This document shows positions 45,824 through 54,904 of a DNA stretch of 64,000 nt, in pieces. The stretch lies in contig JBEEGV010000028.1 of the NCBI GenBank assembly GCA_041167085.1, positions 2,463-66,462 of the forward strand. Reading direction: 5' to 3'. This DNA comes from Verrucomicrobiota bacterium (GTDB taxonomy: Bacteria > Verrucomicrobiota > Verrucomicrobiia > Chthoniobacterales > UBA10450). Position numbers and translations under genes: made by a program. Position 1 is the stretch's first letter. The number at the start of each line of letters is the position of its first letter. The notes under the pieces are model-generated. The model searched no databases. It saw only the letters and a program-made list of their open reading frames with translations, and was not told the DNA's origin.

Positions 45824-46156
45824 GTTGGAAAGCTGTCTAGTGTATTCGGGCGAATTGCACAACCGAGATGTTTACTTGTGACCAATTTTGCGCAAACAGC
45901 GAGATTGCCAAAGCCGCTTATCCAGCGTAGGCCGCGCGCTTACTCGGGGTAAAGAGGCTGGAAGCGGTTGCACAATAAAGTTCGCGATGCAACCATCCCG
46001 CCATTGCCCTCATCCTAACCTTCTCCCTGGGGGAGAAGGAACCACGTCTCCCGTTTCTCTCCCACTGGGAGAGACGGACGCGAAGCGCCAGTGCGGGCAC
46101 CGGAGCGGGTATAGCAGAGGGCTGCGCTGAGGGTTCCTCGAATTTTGCCACCACAT

Positions 46157-46912
46157 CTAAAACGAAATCGGCTCGCCAATTTTCGCAACGCGCTGTTCCG
46201 CCTGGACCTCACGCTTTTTTAGTTCGCGCTCAAATTGCTCCGGCGTACCGGTCAGGACTGGAAACGTCCCGTAATGCATTGGAATGACAATCGCCGGATT
46301 CACAAGTTTGACTGCATCGGCCGCGCGGTCCGGTCCCATCGTGAAATGGTCACCAATGCAAACCATCATCACATCAATCTTGTTGTAGCTGGCGACGAGC
46401 GCCATGTCGGAGAAAAGATCTGTATCTCCCGTGTGATAAAATGTTGGTCCGCCGCGGAGCGCAATGACCATTCCGCTCGGATTCCCCCCGTAGATCGGCG
46501 GCGCGTTGTCGTCCTTCGTCACGCCGGCGCCATGCCATGCCGGAACAAATGTGATCCGTACCTCACCGTCCAAAAGGTGTAATGTTCCACCGAAGTGGCC
46601 GGTCGTGTCGGAATCGGCCAGCTCACTTGGATAACCAAGCGCGCTCGTCATCGCGGCGGATAAATCGAACGTGGCGACAAGCTTCGCCTGGGTGCGCTTC
46701 CCGATCTCGACCGCATCGCCCACATGGTCTGAGTGTCCATGCGTGATCAGAATCAAATCGACGCGCTTCAGATTCGCCAGATCGCTTTTGCCGGACGGAT
46801 TCTTTGGATTGGTTATCCAGGGATCGATCAGAAGCACGTTTCCAGCAGGTGTGACGATTTTGAAGGCGGATTGCCCATACCAGGTCAGATGAGTTTGAGC
46901 CATGGTGACCAC
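46157..46912 (-). CDS. metal-dependent hydrolase, MBL fold (UPF0173-like)
   Basis: LITHGHSDHVGD motif, plus later HTGDT and PMHYGTF ligand motifs. Confidence 0.85.
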   Translation of the reverse strand: MVTMAQTHLTWYGQSAFKIVTPAGNVLLIDPWITNPKNPSGKSDLANLKRVDLILITHGHSDHVGDAVEIGKRTQAKLVATFDLSAAMTSALGYPSELADSDTTGHFGGTLHLLDGEVRITFVPAWHGAGVTKDDNAPPIYGGNPSGMVIALRGGPTFYHTGDTDLFSDMALVASYNKIDVMMVCIGDHFTMGPDRAADAVKLVNPAIVIPMHYGTFPVLTGTPEQFERELKKREVQAEQRVAKIGEPISF

Positions 46913-46942
46913 GGAATCGAAAATCCGTCTTCAATCAAGGCT

Positions 46943-47041
46943 AATGACGAAGCACGAATGTCGAAGCACGAAGGAATGTCAAAATCCGAATGATTCGAGC
47001 TTCGGCATTGTTTCGTCATTCGACATTCGAGCTTCGGCATT
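46943..47041. repeat. imperfect palindrome (CGAAGCACGAATGTCGAAG type) in a divergent promoter region
   Basis: aatgacgaagcacgaatgtcgaagcacgaagg matches the reverse complement of gtttcgtcattcgacattcgagcttcggcatt. A related cttcgtgcacttcgtgtccttcgtgg lies at 50486-50511. Confidence 0.7.
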
Positions 47042-47057
47042 TTATTAAGCTTGAGAA

Positions 47058-47696
47058 ATGGATCATGAACATGCCCATCGGCATATCGCTGGCAGCGATG
47101 CGCGCCTGGCTCACCTGATCGCTCGATCGCGCCGTTACGATATCACGCCCGCGTTGAGCGTCCGGCCTTTCGATGCGTTGGCTGAGTCGATCGCTTATCA
47201 GCAGCTAAGCGGCAAGGCCGCCGCCACCATCTGGGGTCGGGTGCGTGCACTTTATCCGCGGAAAAAATTTCTCGATCCGAAGCTTGTTCTGGCCACGCCC
47301 GACGCGAAACTGCGCGGCGCTGGTTTGTCCGGCAGTAAGGTCGCCGCGCTGAAGGATCTCGCCGCGAAAACCATCGACGGAACCGTGCCCACTGGTCGTG
47401 CGTTGGCGAAAATGACCGATGACGAGATCGTTGAGCGTCTGATTGCCGTTCGCGGCATCGGTCGTTGGACGGTCGAGATGCTGTTGCTCTTTGATCTTGG
47501 TCGCCCGGATGTCTGGCCGGTTCATGACTACGGCGTCCGCAAAGGGTTCGCCAAGATCTTCGGTAAAAGAAAACTCCCCACACCGAAACAGCTGATGAAG
47601 CTCGGCGAAAAATGGCGGCCGTATCGCTCCGTCGCGGCATGGTACTGTTGGCGGGCGCTGGATAAGGCGGAAGAAGGCAAGAAGCTTAAGCGTTGA
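47058..47696 (+). CDS. DNA-3-methyladenine glycosylase II-like (HhH-GPD superfamily)
   Basis: HhH LIAVRGIGRWTVEMLLLF and catalytic Asp region WPVHDYGVRKG. Confidence 0.8.
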   Translation: MDHEHAHRHIAGSDARLAHLIARSRRYDITPALSVRPFDALAESIAYQQLSGKAAATIWGRVRALYPRKKFLDPKLVLATPDAKLRGAGLSGSKVAALKDLAAKTIDGTVPTGRALAKMTDDEIVERLIAVRGIGRWTVEMLLLFDLGRPDVWPVHDYGVRKGFAKIFGKRKLPTPKQLMKLGEKWRPYRSVAAWYCWRALDKAEEGKKLKR

Positions 47697-47750
47697 AGCG
47701 TTGAAGGGGTTGAAGCGTTGAGAGACGGAGCGCACGCCCATTGTAACGAT

Positions 47751-47849
47751 GTGTAGCCACGGCGCTCTCTGTCGCCGTGTCTGGGTAGAAACGCCCCCGA
47801 CCCACCTTCGCGTCGCTCCGGCGCGGCGGGCAGAGCGGGGCGGCTACAC
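47751..47849. repeat. ~95-bp hairpin element, copy B
   Basis: gtgtagccacggcgctctctgtcgccgtg...cggcgggcagagcggggcggctacac. See copy A at 36631-36722. A degenerate third copy lies at 50157-50228. Confidence 0.85.
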
Positions 47850-47960
47850 CACCAGCGCTTATGAGACAGCCTGTGATCCCATGTAATTCCCTCGCCTGTT
47901 TAATACGCGCGAAAAGCGCGGAATTGACTTTCCGGTCAGCGCTAACTAAAACGCGGTCTT

Positions 47961-48848
47961 ATGGCTATGATCCATGTTAATCGCAGTGGCACGAGCCTTG
48001 GGACATTTTCAGAAGAGGATGTGCGCGAAGGTCTCCGCGCTGGACGGTTTGTTTCTACCGACCTCGGCTGGCGCGAAGGGATGCCGCAATGGCTGCCATT
48101 GTCGCAGTTTCCGGAATTTGGGACCGCAGCGACAGGGTCGCCGCCGCCGGCACCGGCTGACGGATCGCCAAGTCCGGCGGGACCGCCCAGTATTCCTTCA
48201 GTCGTCGTGCAACCGCGCAGCGGTCTGCCGTGGGAACATCGCGAGCAGCGGGGCTTTTTCAATGCCTTTGCCGAGACGTTATCAATGGTTCTGACCCGGC
48301 CGGGCACGGCTTTTTCGGTGATGCGCACGGAAGGCGGTTTTGGAGAACCGCTGCTTTATGCCGTGATCGGTGGCGGCATCGGCGTCATCGTATGGTTCTG
48401 TCTTTCGCTGGTGCTCAACTCGCTCGGTGTTCTCGGCAATCGCGAGGATGCGTTGGGTTCAATGATGGGAATGACAGCGAGCTCGATGATCTTCGTCTGG
48501 CGTTTGGTCGCGATCGCGCTCATCCCGTTTATTTTTGGTGGATTAGTCCATGGCAGCTTGATGCTGCTGGGCGGCGCCCGGAAAGGTTTTGAAACGACAT
48601 TTCGCGTCATCGCATTTTCACAAGGCTCGACTGCGCCCCTGCAATTGGTGCCCTGTTGCGGTGGACTTGCGTATCTCGTTTGGAATCTTGTCGCCAATTG
48701 CATCGGAATCGCGCGCGCGCATGAGATCGATTCCGGGCGCGCCACGTTGGCGGTGTTGCTGCCATTGATCCTCTGTTGCGGCGGAGGTTTGTTTCTTCTC
48801 TTCATGTTCGGCGGATTGGCCGCGCTGAGCCACAATTGGAATAATTGA
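47961..48848 (+). CDS. GYF_2 (DUF4339) domain + Yip1-like membrane protein
   Basis: N-terminal GTFSEEDVREGLRAGRFVSTDLGWREGMPQWLPLSQFPEF, a Pro-rich linker, then 5 TM segments. Confidence 0.6.
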   Translation: MAMIHVNRSGTSLGTFSEEDVREGLRAGRFVSTDLGWREGMPQWLPLSQFPEFGTAATGSPPPAPADGSPSPAGPPSIPSVVVQPRSGLPWEHREQRGFFNAFAETLSMVLTRPGTAFSVMRTEGGFGEPLLYAVIGGGIGVIVWFCLSLVLNSLGVLGNREDALGSMMGMTASSMIFVWRLVAIALIPFIFGGLVHGSLMLLGGARKGFETTFRVIAFSQGSTAPLQLVPCCGGLAYLVWNLVANCIGIARAHEIDSGRATLAVLLPLILCCGGGLFLLFMFGGLAALSHNWNN

Positions 48849-48852
48849 TACC

Positions 48853-49275
48853 GTGCACATCGTCGCGCGCCCGCTCGCGCCGGATGAAACTGACTACGAA
48901 TTGATTACACTGAGCGTTTCGCTTGGTTTTCTTTTTCTTGCGGTTGGCTGGTTCGCCATGCATTTGCCCTGGCCGATCTGCGCATTCCATGCGCTCACCG
49001 GGCATCCGTGCGCAACCTGCGGAGCGACACGGTCAGCCATCGCTTTCTTCCACGCTCAATTCCTCACGGCATGGAAGTGGAATCCACTAGCGTTCCTTGC
49101 CTACTGCGCGCTGTCGGTTTTCAACGCGTATGCATTCTTCGTGCTGGTTCTGCGCAGGCGGCGTCTCCGCGTGACAAATCTTACCGAAAACCAAAGGAAC
49201 GTTACCCGTATCGCCATCCTGGCCTCGATCGCTCTCAACTGGCTTTACTTGCTCTTCGCAAATCCAAGTCTCTGA
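48853..49275 (+). CDS. DUF2752 domain membrane protein
   Basis: Signature CAFHALTGHPCATCGATRS followed by TM segments. GTG start. Confidence 0.65.
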   Translation: MHIVARPLAPDETDYELITLSVSLGFLFLAVGWFAMHLPWPICAFHALTGHPCATCGATRSAIAFFHAQFLTAWKWNPLAFLAYCALSVFNAYAFFVLVLRRRRLRVTNLTENQRNVTRIAILASIALNWLYLLFANPSL

Positions 49276-49277
49276 AT

Positions 49278-49306
49278 TCAGGTAGGGACGGCTCTCCAAG
49301 CCGTCC
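49278..49306 (+). repeat. CAGGTAGGGACGG hairpin motif, copy 2
   Basis: tcaggtagggacggctctccaagccgtcc, starting 3 nt after the DUF2752 gene stop. Confidence 0.8.
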
Positions 49307-49391
49307 GACGTTCGGCGTTCGATGTTTGGATGCCTGCCGTTTACGGGCGGCCCCGAAGACCTTCGGGGCTGAGCGTTGAGCGTTGAACCCC

Positions 49392-50069
49392 TTACCGCCC
49401 CGCTTCTCTCCCCACATCATCATCCGGCGCGCCGCGATGCGCCCGGATAAACACACTTGGATCCAACCATCCACGCGGGTCCTCCCGATAACCCGGTCCG
49501 ATAAAGGGCGTCGTGAACTCCCGCATTTCGAAATGAAGATGGGCCAAATAGCGGCCATTCGCCGTGCCAACCGCGGCGATCTGCTGCCCGCGTTGCACCA
49601 TGTCACCGGCGTGGACGAACATTTTCTGCACATGAGCGTAGTACGACTGGATGTATTTTCGCCGCTCATGTTCGACGTAGGCATGCAGCACGATAATCAC
49701 ATTTCCCCAGCCTGGTCCCCCATCACGAGCCAGCAACACCTGGCCGTCGGCCACGGCGTAGATCGGATCGCCTAAGTCGCTGTTCTCGCCGCCAATTCCG
49801 TTCAAGTCGTCACCGAGGTGATGATTTTCGCCGAATTGCTGGGCGTTATAGGCGAGTGCGCCATGTTCGCTTCCGAGCGGAAAATCAAACCGCGACACAG
49901 TTGGTAAAGCAGCTAACTGCAAAGGCGAAGGGAGCCGAAACGCCGGGTCGACGCTCCTTGGCCGGGTCAATTCCGGCCACAAATTAAAAAGAATGGTCCC
50001 AACACAGGCGACACCGAAAACTACAATGAACAAAACGGCGGTCCTGAGCCACGCCAGGTAAGACTTCAT
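49392..50069 (-). CDS. M23 family metallopeptidase
   Basis: HxxxD (HHLGDDLNG) and HxH (AHLHFE) zinc motifs. N-terminal TM. Confidence 0.85.
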   Translation of the reverse strand: MKSYLAWLRTAVLFIVVFGVACVGTILFNLWPELTRPRSVDPAFRLPSPLQLAALPTVSRFDFPLGSEHGALAYNAQQFGENHHLGDDLNGIGGENSDLGDPIYAVADGQVLLARDGGPGWGNVIIVLHAYVEHERRKYIQSYYAHVQKMFVHAGDMVQRGQQIAAVGTANGRYLAHLHFEMREFTTPFIGPGYREDPRGWLDPSVFIRAHRGAPDDDVGREAGR

Positions 50070-50527
50070 TCAGCCCACAGATTAACACGGATGAACCACC
50101 GATCAGAAGGCAGACGTCGGCGAGTTTCAAACACAGATAAGATCAGATGAAAAGACGTGTAGCCACGACGCTGCTCGCCGCGCTGTAGCGTTGCGGCTAA
50201 AAAAAGCGACGGGACGTCGCTTCTACAGAATCTTAAGCAACAAAGATCGACATCAAACAGAAGATAACGAAGGTAACTAAGAGGCAAAAATTTACCCGGC
50301 TTAAAACGAATCTTCGTTATCTTGGTTTGCTTCTGTTTAATTTACATTCTTCGCCGTTCTTCAGATCTGTGGAAATCTGCCTGCCGCGCCGTAGTCCCGC
50401 GACTGCGGGACGAGGGCGGGTGTTCATGGATTCGGCCTTGCTCGCCACAGCGTCTGTGGCTCTTCCCCGTTTAACGAAAAATTTTCTTCGTGCACTTCGT
50501 GTCCTTCGTGGTTGAACTTCTAAACAG

Positions 50528-51478
50528 ATGAAGATTTTGGTAACTGGCGGCGCGGGATTCATCGGGTCGCACCTGGTGGAGCGATTGCTCGGTGAAGGCC
50601 ACAGCGTCGCCATCGCCGATGATTTCAACGATTTCTACGATCCAAAGATCAAGTGGGAGAATATTGCGGGTGTGCAGAAAGATGTGCCGGTCCATCGCGT
50701 GGATCTTCGCGACAGCGCCGGCGTAAGAAATTTGTTTCACGTGCAAAAATTCGACACTGTCGTGCATCTGGCCGCGCGAGCAGGAGTTCGTCCATCCATT
50801 CTTCAGCCGCAGCTTTATTACGACACGAACGTCAACGGCACATTGCACGTTCTCGAAGCCGCGCGGGTGACCGGCGTTGAACGTTTTATTTTCGCGTCCA
50901 GTTCGTCCGTTTACGGAATCTGTCCTTCCGTCTCTTTTTCCGAAAGTTTCCACCTCACCCAAACAATCAGTCCTTATGCCGCGACCAAGATCGCCGGCGA
51001 ATTTCTCTGTTCGACCTATTCGCACCTCTACGGGATACGGGTCGTGGCGTTGCGCTATTTTACGGTGTACGGACCGCGGCAACGACCGGACCTGGCGATC
51101 CACCAATTTGCCCGCCGCATTCATGAAGGGCTGCCGATCGATCAGTTCGGCGATGGGACCACCCGTCGCGACTACACATATATCGACGACATCATCCAGG
51201 GGACAGTGGCCGCCCTTAAATACGGCGGCCCCATGTTCGACATCTTCAATCTCGGCGAAAGCGAAACGATTCAGCTGAAAGACCTGATCGCCGCGATCGA
51301 GAAAGCGCTCGGCAAAAAAGCAAAGATCAATCGTCTGCCCGAGCAGCCCGGTGACGTACCCCTGACCTGCGCCGATATTTCGAAAGCAAAAAAAATGCTG
51401 GGATACAATCCGAAGACTTCTTTGGCAGAAGGGTTGCCGCGATTCGTCGATTGGTTTCTGAGCCGTTCTGCGAAGTAG
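50528..51478 (+). CDS. NAD-dependent epimerase/dehydratase (UDP-glucuronate 4-epimerase-like)
   Basis: Rossmann GGAGFIGSH, SSSSVYG, catalytic YAATK. Confidence 0.85.
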   Translation: MKILVTGGAGFIGSHLVERLLGEGHSVAIADDFNDFYDPKIKWENIAGVQKDVPVHRVDLRDSAGVRNLFHVQKFDTVVHLAARAGVRPSILQPQLYYDTNVNGTLHVLEAARVTGVERFIFASSSSVYGICPSVSFSESFHLTQTISPYAATKIAGEFLCSTYSHLYGIRVVALRYFTVYGPRQRPDLAIHQFARRIHEGLPIDQFGDGTTRRDYTYIDDIIQGTVAALKYGGPMFDIFNLGESETIQLKDLIAAIEKALGKKAKINRLPEQPGDVPLTCADISKAKKMLGYNPKTSLAEGLPRFVDWFLSRSAK

Positions 51479-51591
51479 GTGGATCGTGCTCTCCGAGCGC
51501 GATGGCAAAAACCTCAGCGCCAAAGGCGCTCAAACTGAACGGCTTCGCCATTTTCATTTGTAATATCGCGCTCGGAGAGCACGATCCACCT
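51477..51591. repeat. perfect 27-bp inverted repeat with 61-nt spacer (MITE-like / strong stem-loop)
   Basis: Left arm aggtggatcgtgctctccgagcgcgat (51477-51503). Right arm atcgcgctcggagagcacgatccacct (51565-51591). The inner spacer carries the hairpin agcgcc-aaa-ggcgct. The arm is related to the 26-mer at 24084-24109 and 55538-55563. Confidence 0.9.
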
Positions 51592-51842
51592 CGCTTTGGA
51601 GCTATGTCATTCACAGCTATGCCGTTCGCGGTAAAACGAGAAAGTGATCGGGCGGAAGCGGAGCTTCGAAGCCGCGCCAGGTCAACCGTTGAGTGCGCGA
51701 ATTCGTCCTCTTCTGAATTCAACCGAGCGCTTCCCAGCGATGATGGGAAAAGAAGATAATCGGAGGTCGGAGAAGCCCTGTAGGACATTGTCCGACAGTC
51801 ATTCCCGTAGCTTCTCGTGAATTTGTTGCTTTGTTCAGGTGT

Positions 51843-53489
51843 ATGCTGCTTTCGTTTTATCCTTCCCGTGTTCTCGCTGCCGCGTCCTGTTTGTTAGGCC
51901 TGACATTACTAACTGCCACGTTGGATGCGGCCGATCCTGAAACCGCCGCTTCGCCGACGGTCTCGCCCGCGCTGAGCTTGCAGGTCCCACCTCCTTCAAC
52001 CAAGCCCCTAACGACGGCAGCGCCGAGCTCCGCTTCTGAAACGCCTTCCAGCGCCGTCGAAAACTCGGTTGTCAAAATATTCGCGGCCACGCGTTATCCT
52101 GATCTTTACAAGCCCTGGACGAAAACGGCTCCGGCCGACCTGAGCGCGTCGGGAGTGGTTATCGAAGGAAAGCGAATCCTGACCAATGCACATGCCGTGT
52201 TGTACGCGAGCGAAGTGCAGGTGCAGCCAAATCAGGGCGGGGACAAGATTTCCGCAACGGTTGAGGCGGTGGCGCCCGGTATCGACCTTGCCGTGCTCAA
52301 GCTCGATGACGACAAGTTTTTCGATTCACATCGGCCACTGCCGCGAGCACAAAGTCTTCCTCAAATAAGAGATGCCGTAACCGTTTACGGATATCCCACT
52401 GGTGGAACAAGTCTGTCGGTTACCAAAGGTATTGTATCGCGAATTGAATTCACGCCGTACGACTTCGCTGTTTCCGGGCTTCGTATTCAGATCGATGCCG
52501 CTATTAATCCGGGCAACAGCGGTGGGCCAGCTGTCGTTGAAGATAAGATGGTCGGGCTGGCCTTTAGTCATCTCGGCGGCGCCGAAAATATTGGCTACAT
52601 CATCCCCACGGAAGAGATCGACCTGTTTCTCCAGGATATTGCCGACGGCCATTACGATGGTAAACCGGCGATGCACGATCATCTGCAAACGCTGGAGAAC
52701 CCGGCTCTGCGTTCATTCCTCAAGTTGAATAGTTCGGTTCAGGGAATCGTGGTGCATCAACCGGCCAGCGATGACAGTTCCTATCCGCTCAAGGAATGGG
52801 ATGTGATTACGAAAATTGGCGACACGGCAGTCGATGACCAGGGAATGATTCCCTTCGGACCGAACCTTCGCGTTCGCTTCGCATATTTAGTGCAAAAACT
52901 GGCGAAGAACGGGCGCGTCCCACTTAAAGTGGTGAGGGCGGGCCAGGAAAAATCGATCGACCTGCCGGTGCCGCCGGAGCTGCCGCTCGCCATTCCGGAT
53001 TGGAAAGGCACATATCCATCTTATTTCATTTTGGGGCCGGTGGTCTTTTCCGAGGCTACGTCTCAGCTCATCACGGCATTTGCCAAAATAAACAGAGGCG
53101 CAGATTGGCTGCTCGGCTTCGGCTATTCCGGCAGCCCGCTCATTACGCGATACGGCGACAAGGCGGCTTTTCCCGGCGAACGAATCGTGTTTGTTTCGTC
53201 GCCGTTCTTTCCGCACAAGCTTTCGAAAGGCTATGGCAACCCGTCGCCGCAGGCGGTGAAAAGTGTTAACGGGCACGTCATTAAGAACTTGGCGAACCTG
53301 GTCGAAACCTTGCGCGATTCGAAAGACGAGTTCATTACTATCGAATTTTATCGCCGAGGTGGTGGAGAAACTCTTGTCTTTCCCCGGGCAGAAATGGTGG
53401 CCGCGACGGATGCGATTTTGACTGACAACGGGGTCAGAAGCCAGGGCTCACCGGACATGGTTGCGATTTGGACAGCCAAGCACAAGTGA
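51843..53489 (+). CDS. S1C (DegP/Deg9-like) trypsin-type serine protease
   Basis: Catalytic triad contexts TNAHAV, DLAVLKL, NPGNSGGPA. Signal peptide and a Pro/Ser/Ala-rich linker. Confidence 0.85.
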   Translation: MLLSFYPSRVLAAASCLLGLTLLTATLDAADPETAASPTVSPALSLQVPPPSTKPLTTAAPSSASETPSSAVENSVVKIFAATRYPDLYKPWTKTAPADLSASGVVIEGKRILTNAHAVLYASEVQVQPNQGGDKISATVEAVAPGIDLAVLKLDDDKFFDSHRPLPRAQSLPQIRDAVTVYGYPTGGTSLSVTKGIVSRIEFTPYDFAVSGLRIQIDAAINPGNSGGPAVVEDKMVGLAFSHLGGAENIGYIIPTEEIDLFLQDIADGHYDGKPAMHDHLQTLENPALRSFLKLNSSVQGIVVHQPASDDSSYPLKEWDVITKIGDTAVDDQGMIPFGPNLRVRFAYLVQKLAKNGRVPLKVVRAGQEKSIDLPVPPELPLAIPDWKGTYPSYFILGPVVFSEATSQLITAFAKINRGADWLLGFGYSGSPLITRYGDKAAFPGERIVFVSSPFFPHKLSKGYGNPSPQAVKSVNGHVIKNLANLVETLRDSKDEFITIEFYRRGGGETLVFPRAEMVAATDAILTDNGVRSQGSPDMVAIWTAKHK

Positions 53490-53527
53490 GGACAGAAGAC
53501 AGAGATCAGAGGTCAAAAGGCGAATAG

Positions 53528-54327
53528 GGGACAGAAAACATCCGATCCCATTTTTCCTCCAACGCAATCATCCAATCGCTGCCCGCGACTGCTATAACGA
53601 TTCTATGCGTATCAAAGTATTTCGGCATTTCGCAACTGGTGTACGCGCGCTTGACGCGGCAGTGGACGTATCAAGAGATGTTTGACAAGGCTGACTTCGT
53701 CGTCATTGCGAATGCTGCTTCAAGTAAGGACGCTGGAGAACGAACTACGCCCCCGTCAAAGAAAGATGATAGTTGATGGTTGATCGAAAACCAAATCCGA
53801 CCGGAAAAGGATTGGAGATGGGGAAGGGCAGAATGCAATCTGGGGAGCACAGGCTGCCAGCCTGTAGTTGCCAGCAGCCTGCCGGCAACATCTTCGAGCA
53901 ACTTCCCGCGCGGGGAAAGATATCCCGGCAAGCCGCCGAGATGAACAGGCTGGCAGCCTGTGCTCCCCAATCCGAGAATTCTTGCTATCCGCGATCTCTG
54001 TGGTGAAAATTCGCGTGACTTATCCGCTTCCCAGATTACAGCCCGCCTCTAAAGGTAATCGGCGTTACCACCGACTGCGATACCAGCATTATTTTCAAAG
54101 GATCCAAGGCTATTAAGAAATTCCAGTTGCACCATTATCGATATGAATCTGCTGCCGATGAGGGCGCAGTCGCTAATACCCCGTGCCTAGTCAAAATTCC
54201 TTCAGGTCAGTATCCGAGTTTTTTACTATTCCTGGTTAAGGAAGCTGATGGCAGATACGCTCCAGTCACAGGTCAAACTGATCCTGGAATACTTTCAGTG
54301 CTCGATCTGAGGGGTGCGGCTGACTGA
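53528..54327 (+). pseudogene. possible gene remnant split by a palindromic repeat insertion
   Basis: Left fragment ...YQEMFDKADFVVIANAASSKDAGERTT (frame 2, stop at 53776). Right fragment FPDYSPPLKVIGVTTDCDTSIIFKGS...GRYAPVTGQTDPGILSVLDL (frame 1, 54019-54327). The 53842-53968 palindrome lies between them. There is no intact start codon. Confidence 0.3.
53842..53968. repeat. perfect 24-bp inverted repeat (GGGGAGCAC + hairpin family)
   Basis: ggggagcacaggctgccagcctgt (53842-53865) and acaggctggcagcctgtgctcccc (53945-53968). A related acacgcgaggcgcgtgtgctcccc lies at 54445-54468. Confidence 0.9.
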
Positions 54328-54904
54328 CGCCATATCGGTTAACGAGGGCAAGATCAGCCGTAGCAAGGATCGCGAGTCTATGAGGCAGATCTTGGAGACA
54401 CCAGAGGAGGCAAAGAAGATTGTTTTGGCGAGGCGCCAAAACCAACACGCGAGGCGCGTGTGCTCCCCGGCGTTAGAGCGGCTGCGCCGAAGTGATTAAG
54501 TCGAACAGGGGACTGCTCCATCCACTCAGCGCATCATGGTATTTGCTAGTTGGAGACGGCAAGCGAGGGCTTGCCCGACAAGCCACTTGCAAAGAGGCGT
54601 CGAACCCCCCATAATGCGTCCAGATGTCGGGAATCTTCGATGGATCCGGACGTTCGCATTTCACGACGATTAGATAGTGTTTATTCTATGCGAGGTTTTT
54701 CATCTTCGCTGCTTCGTTGGGTGACTGTGGCGGCTTGCGGTTCGAGACGAATTTATTTCCGGCCCAAAGAGACGGAGTTTCCAATGGCGTGGCAAAATGC
54801 TTGCAGTTTGCTTGAAAGGCCCGATCGGGGTCACCGCGCCGCTGGCTGTGCATCGATTGATGCGCTCCGTCTGTGTTACAATTCGGCAACAATTAAGGAC
54901 CAAC

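Noticed and set aside
50471-51523. 350-aa minus-strand ORF
   Set aside because: It is antisense to the epimerase gene (GGAGFIGSH / YAATK) and has no motifs.
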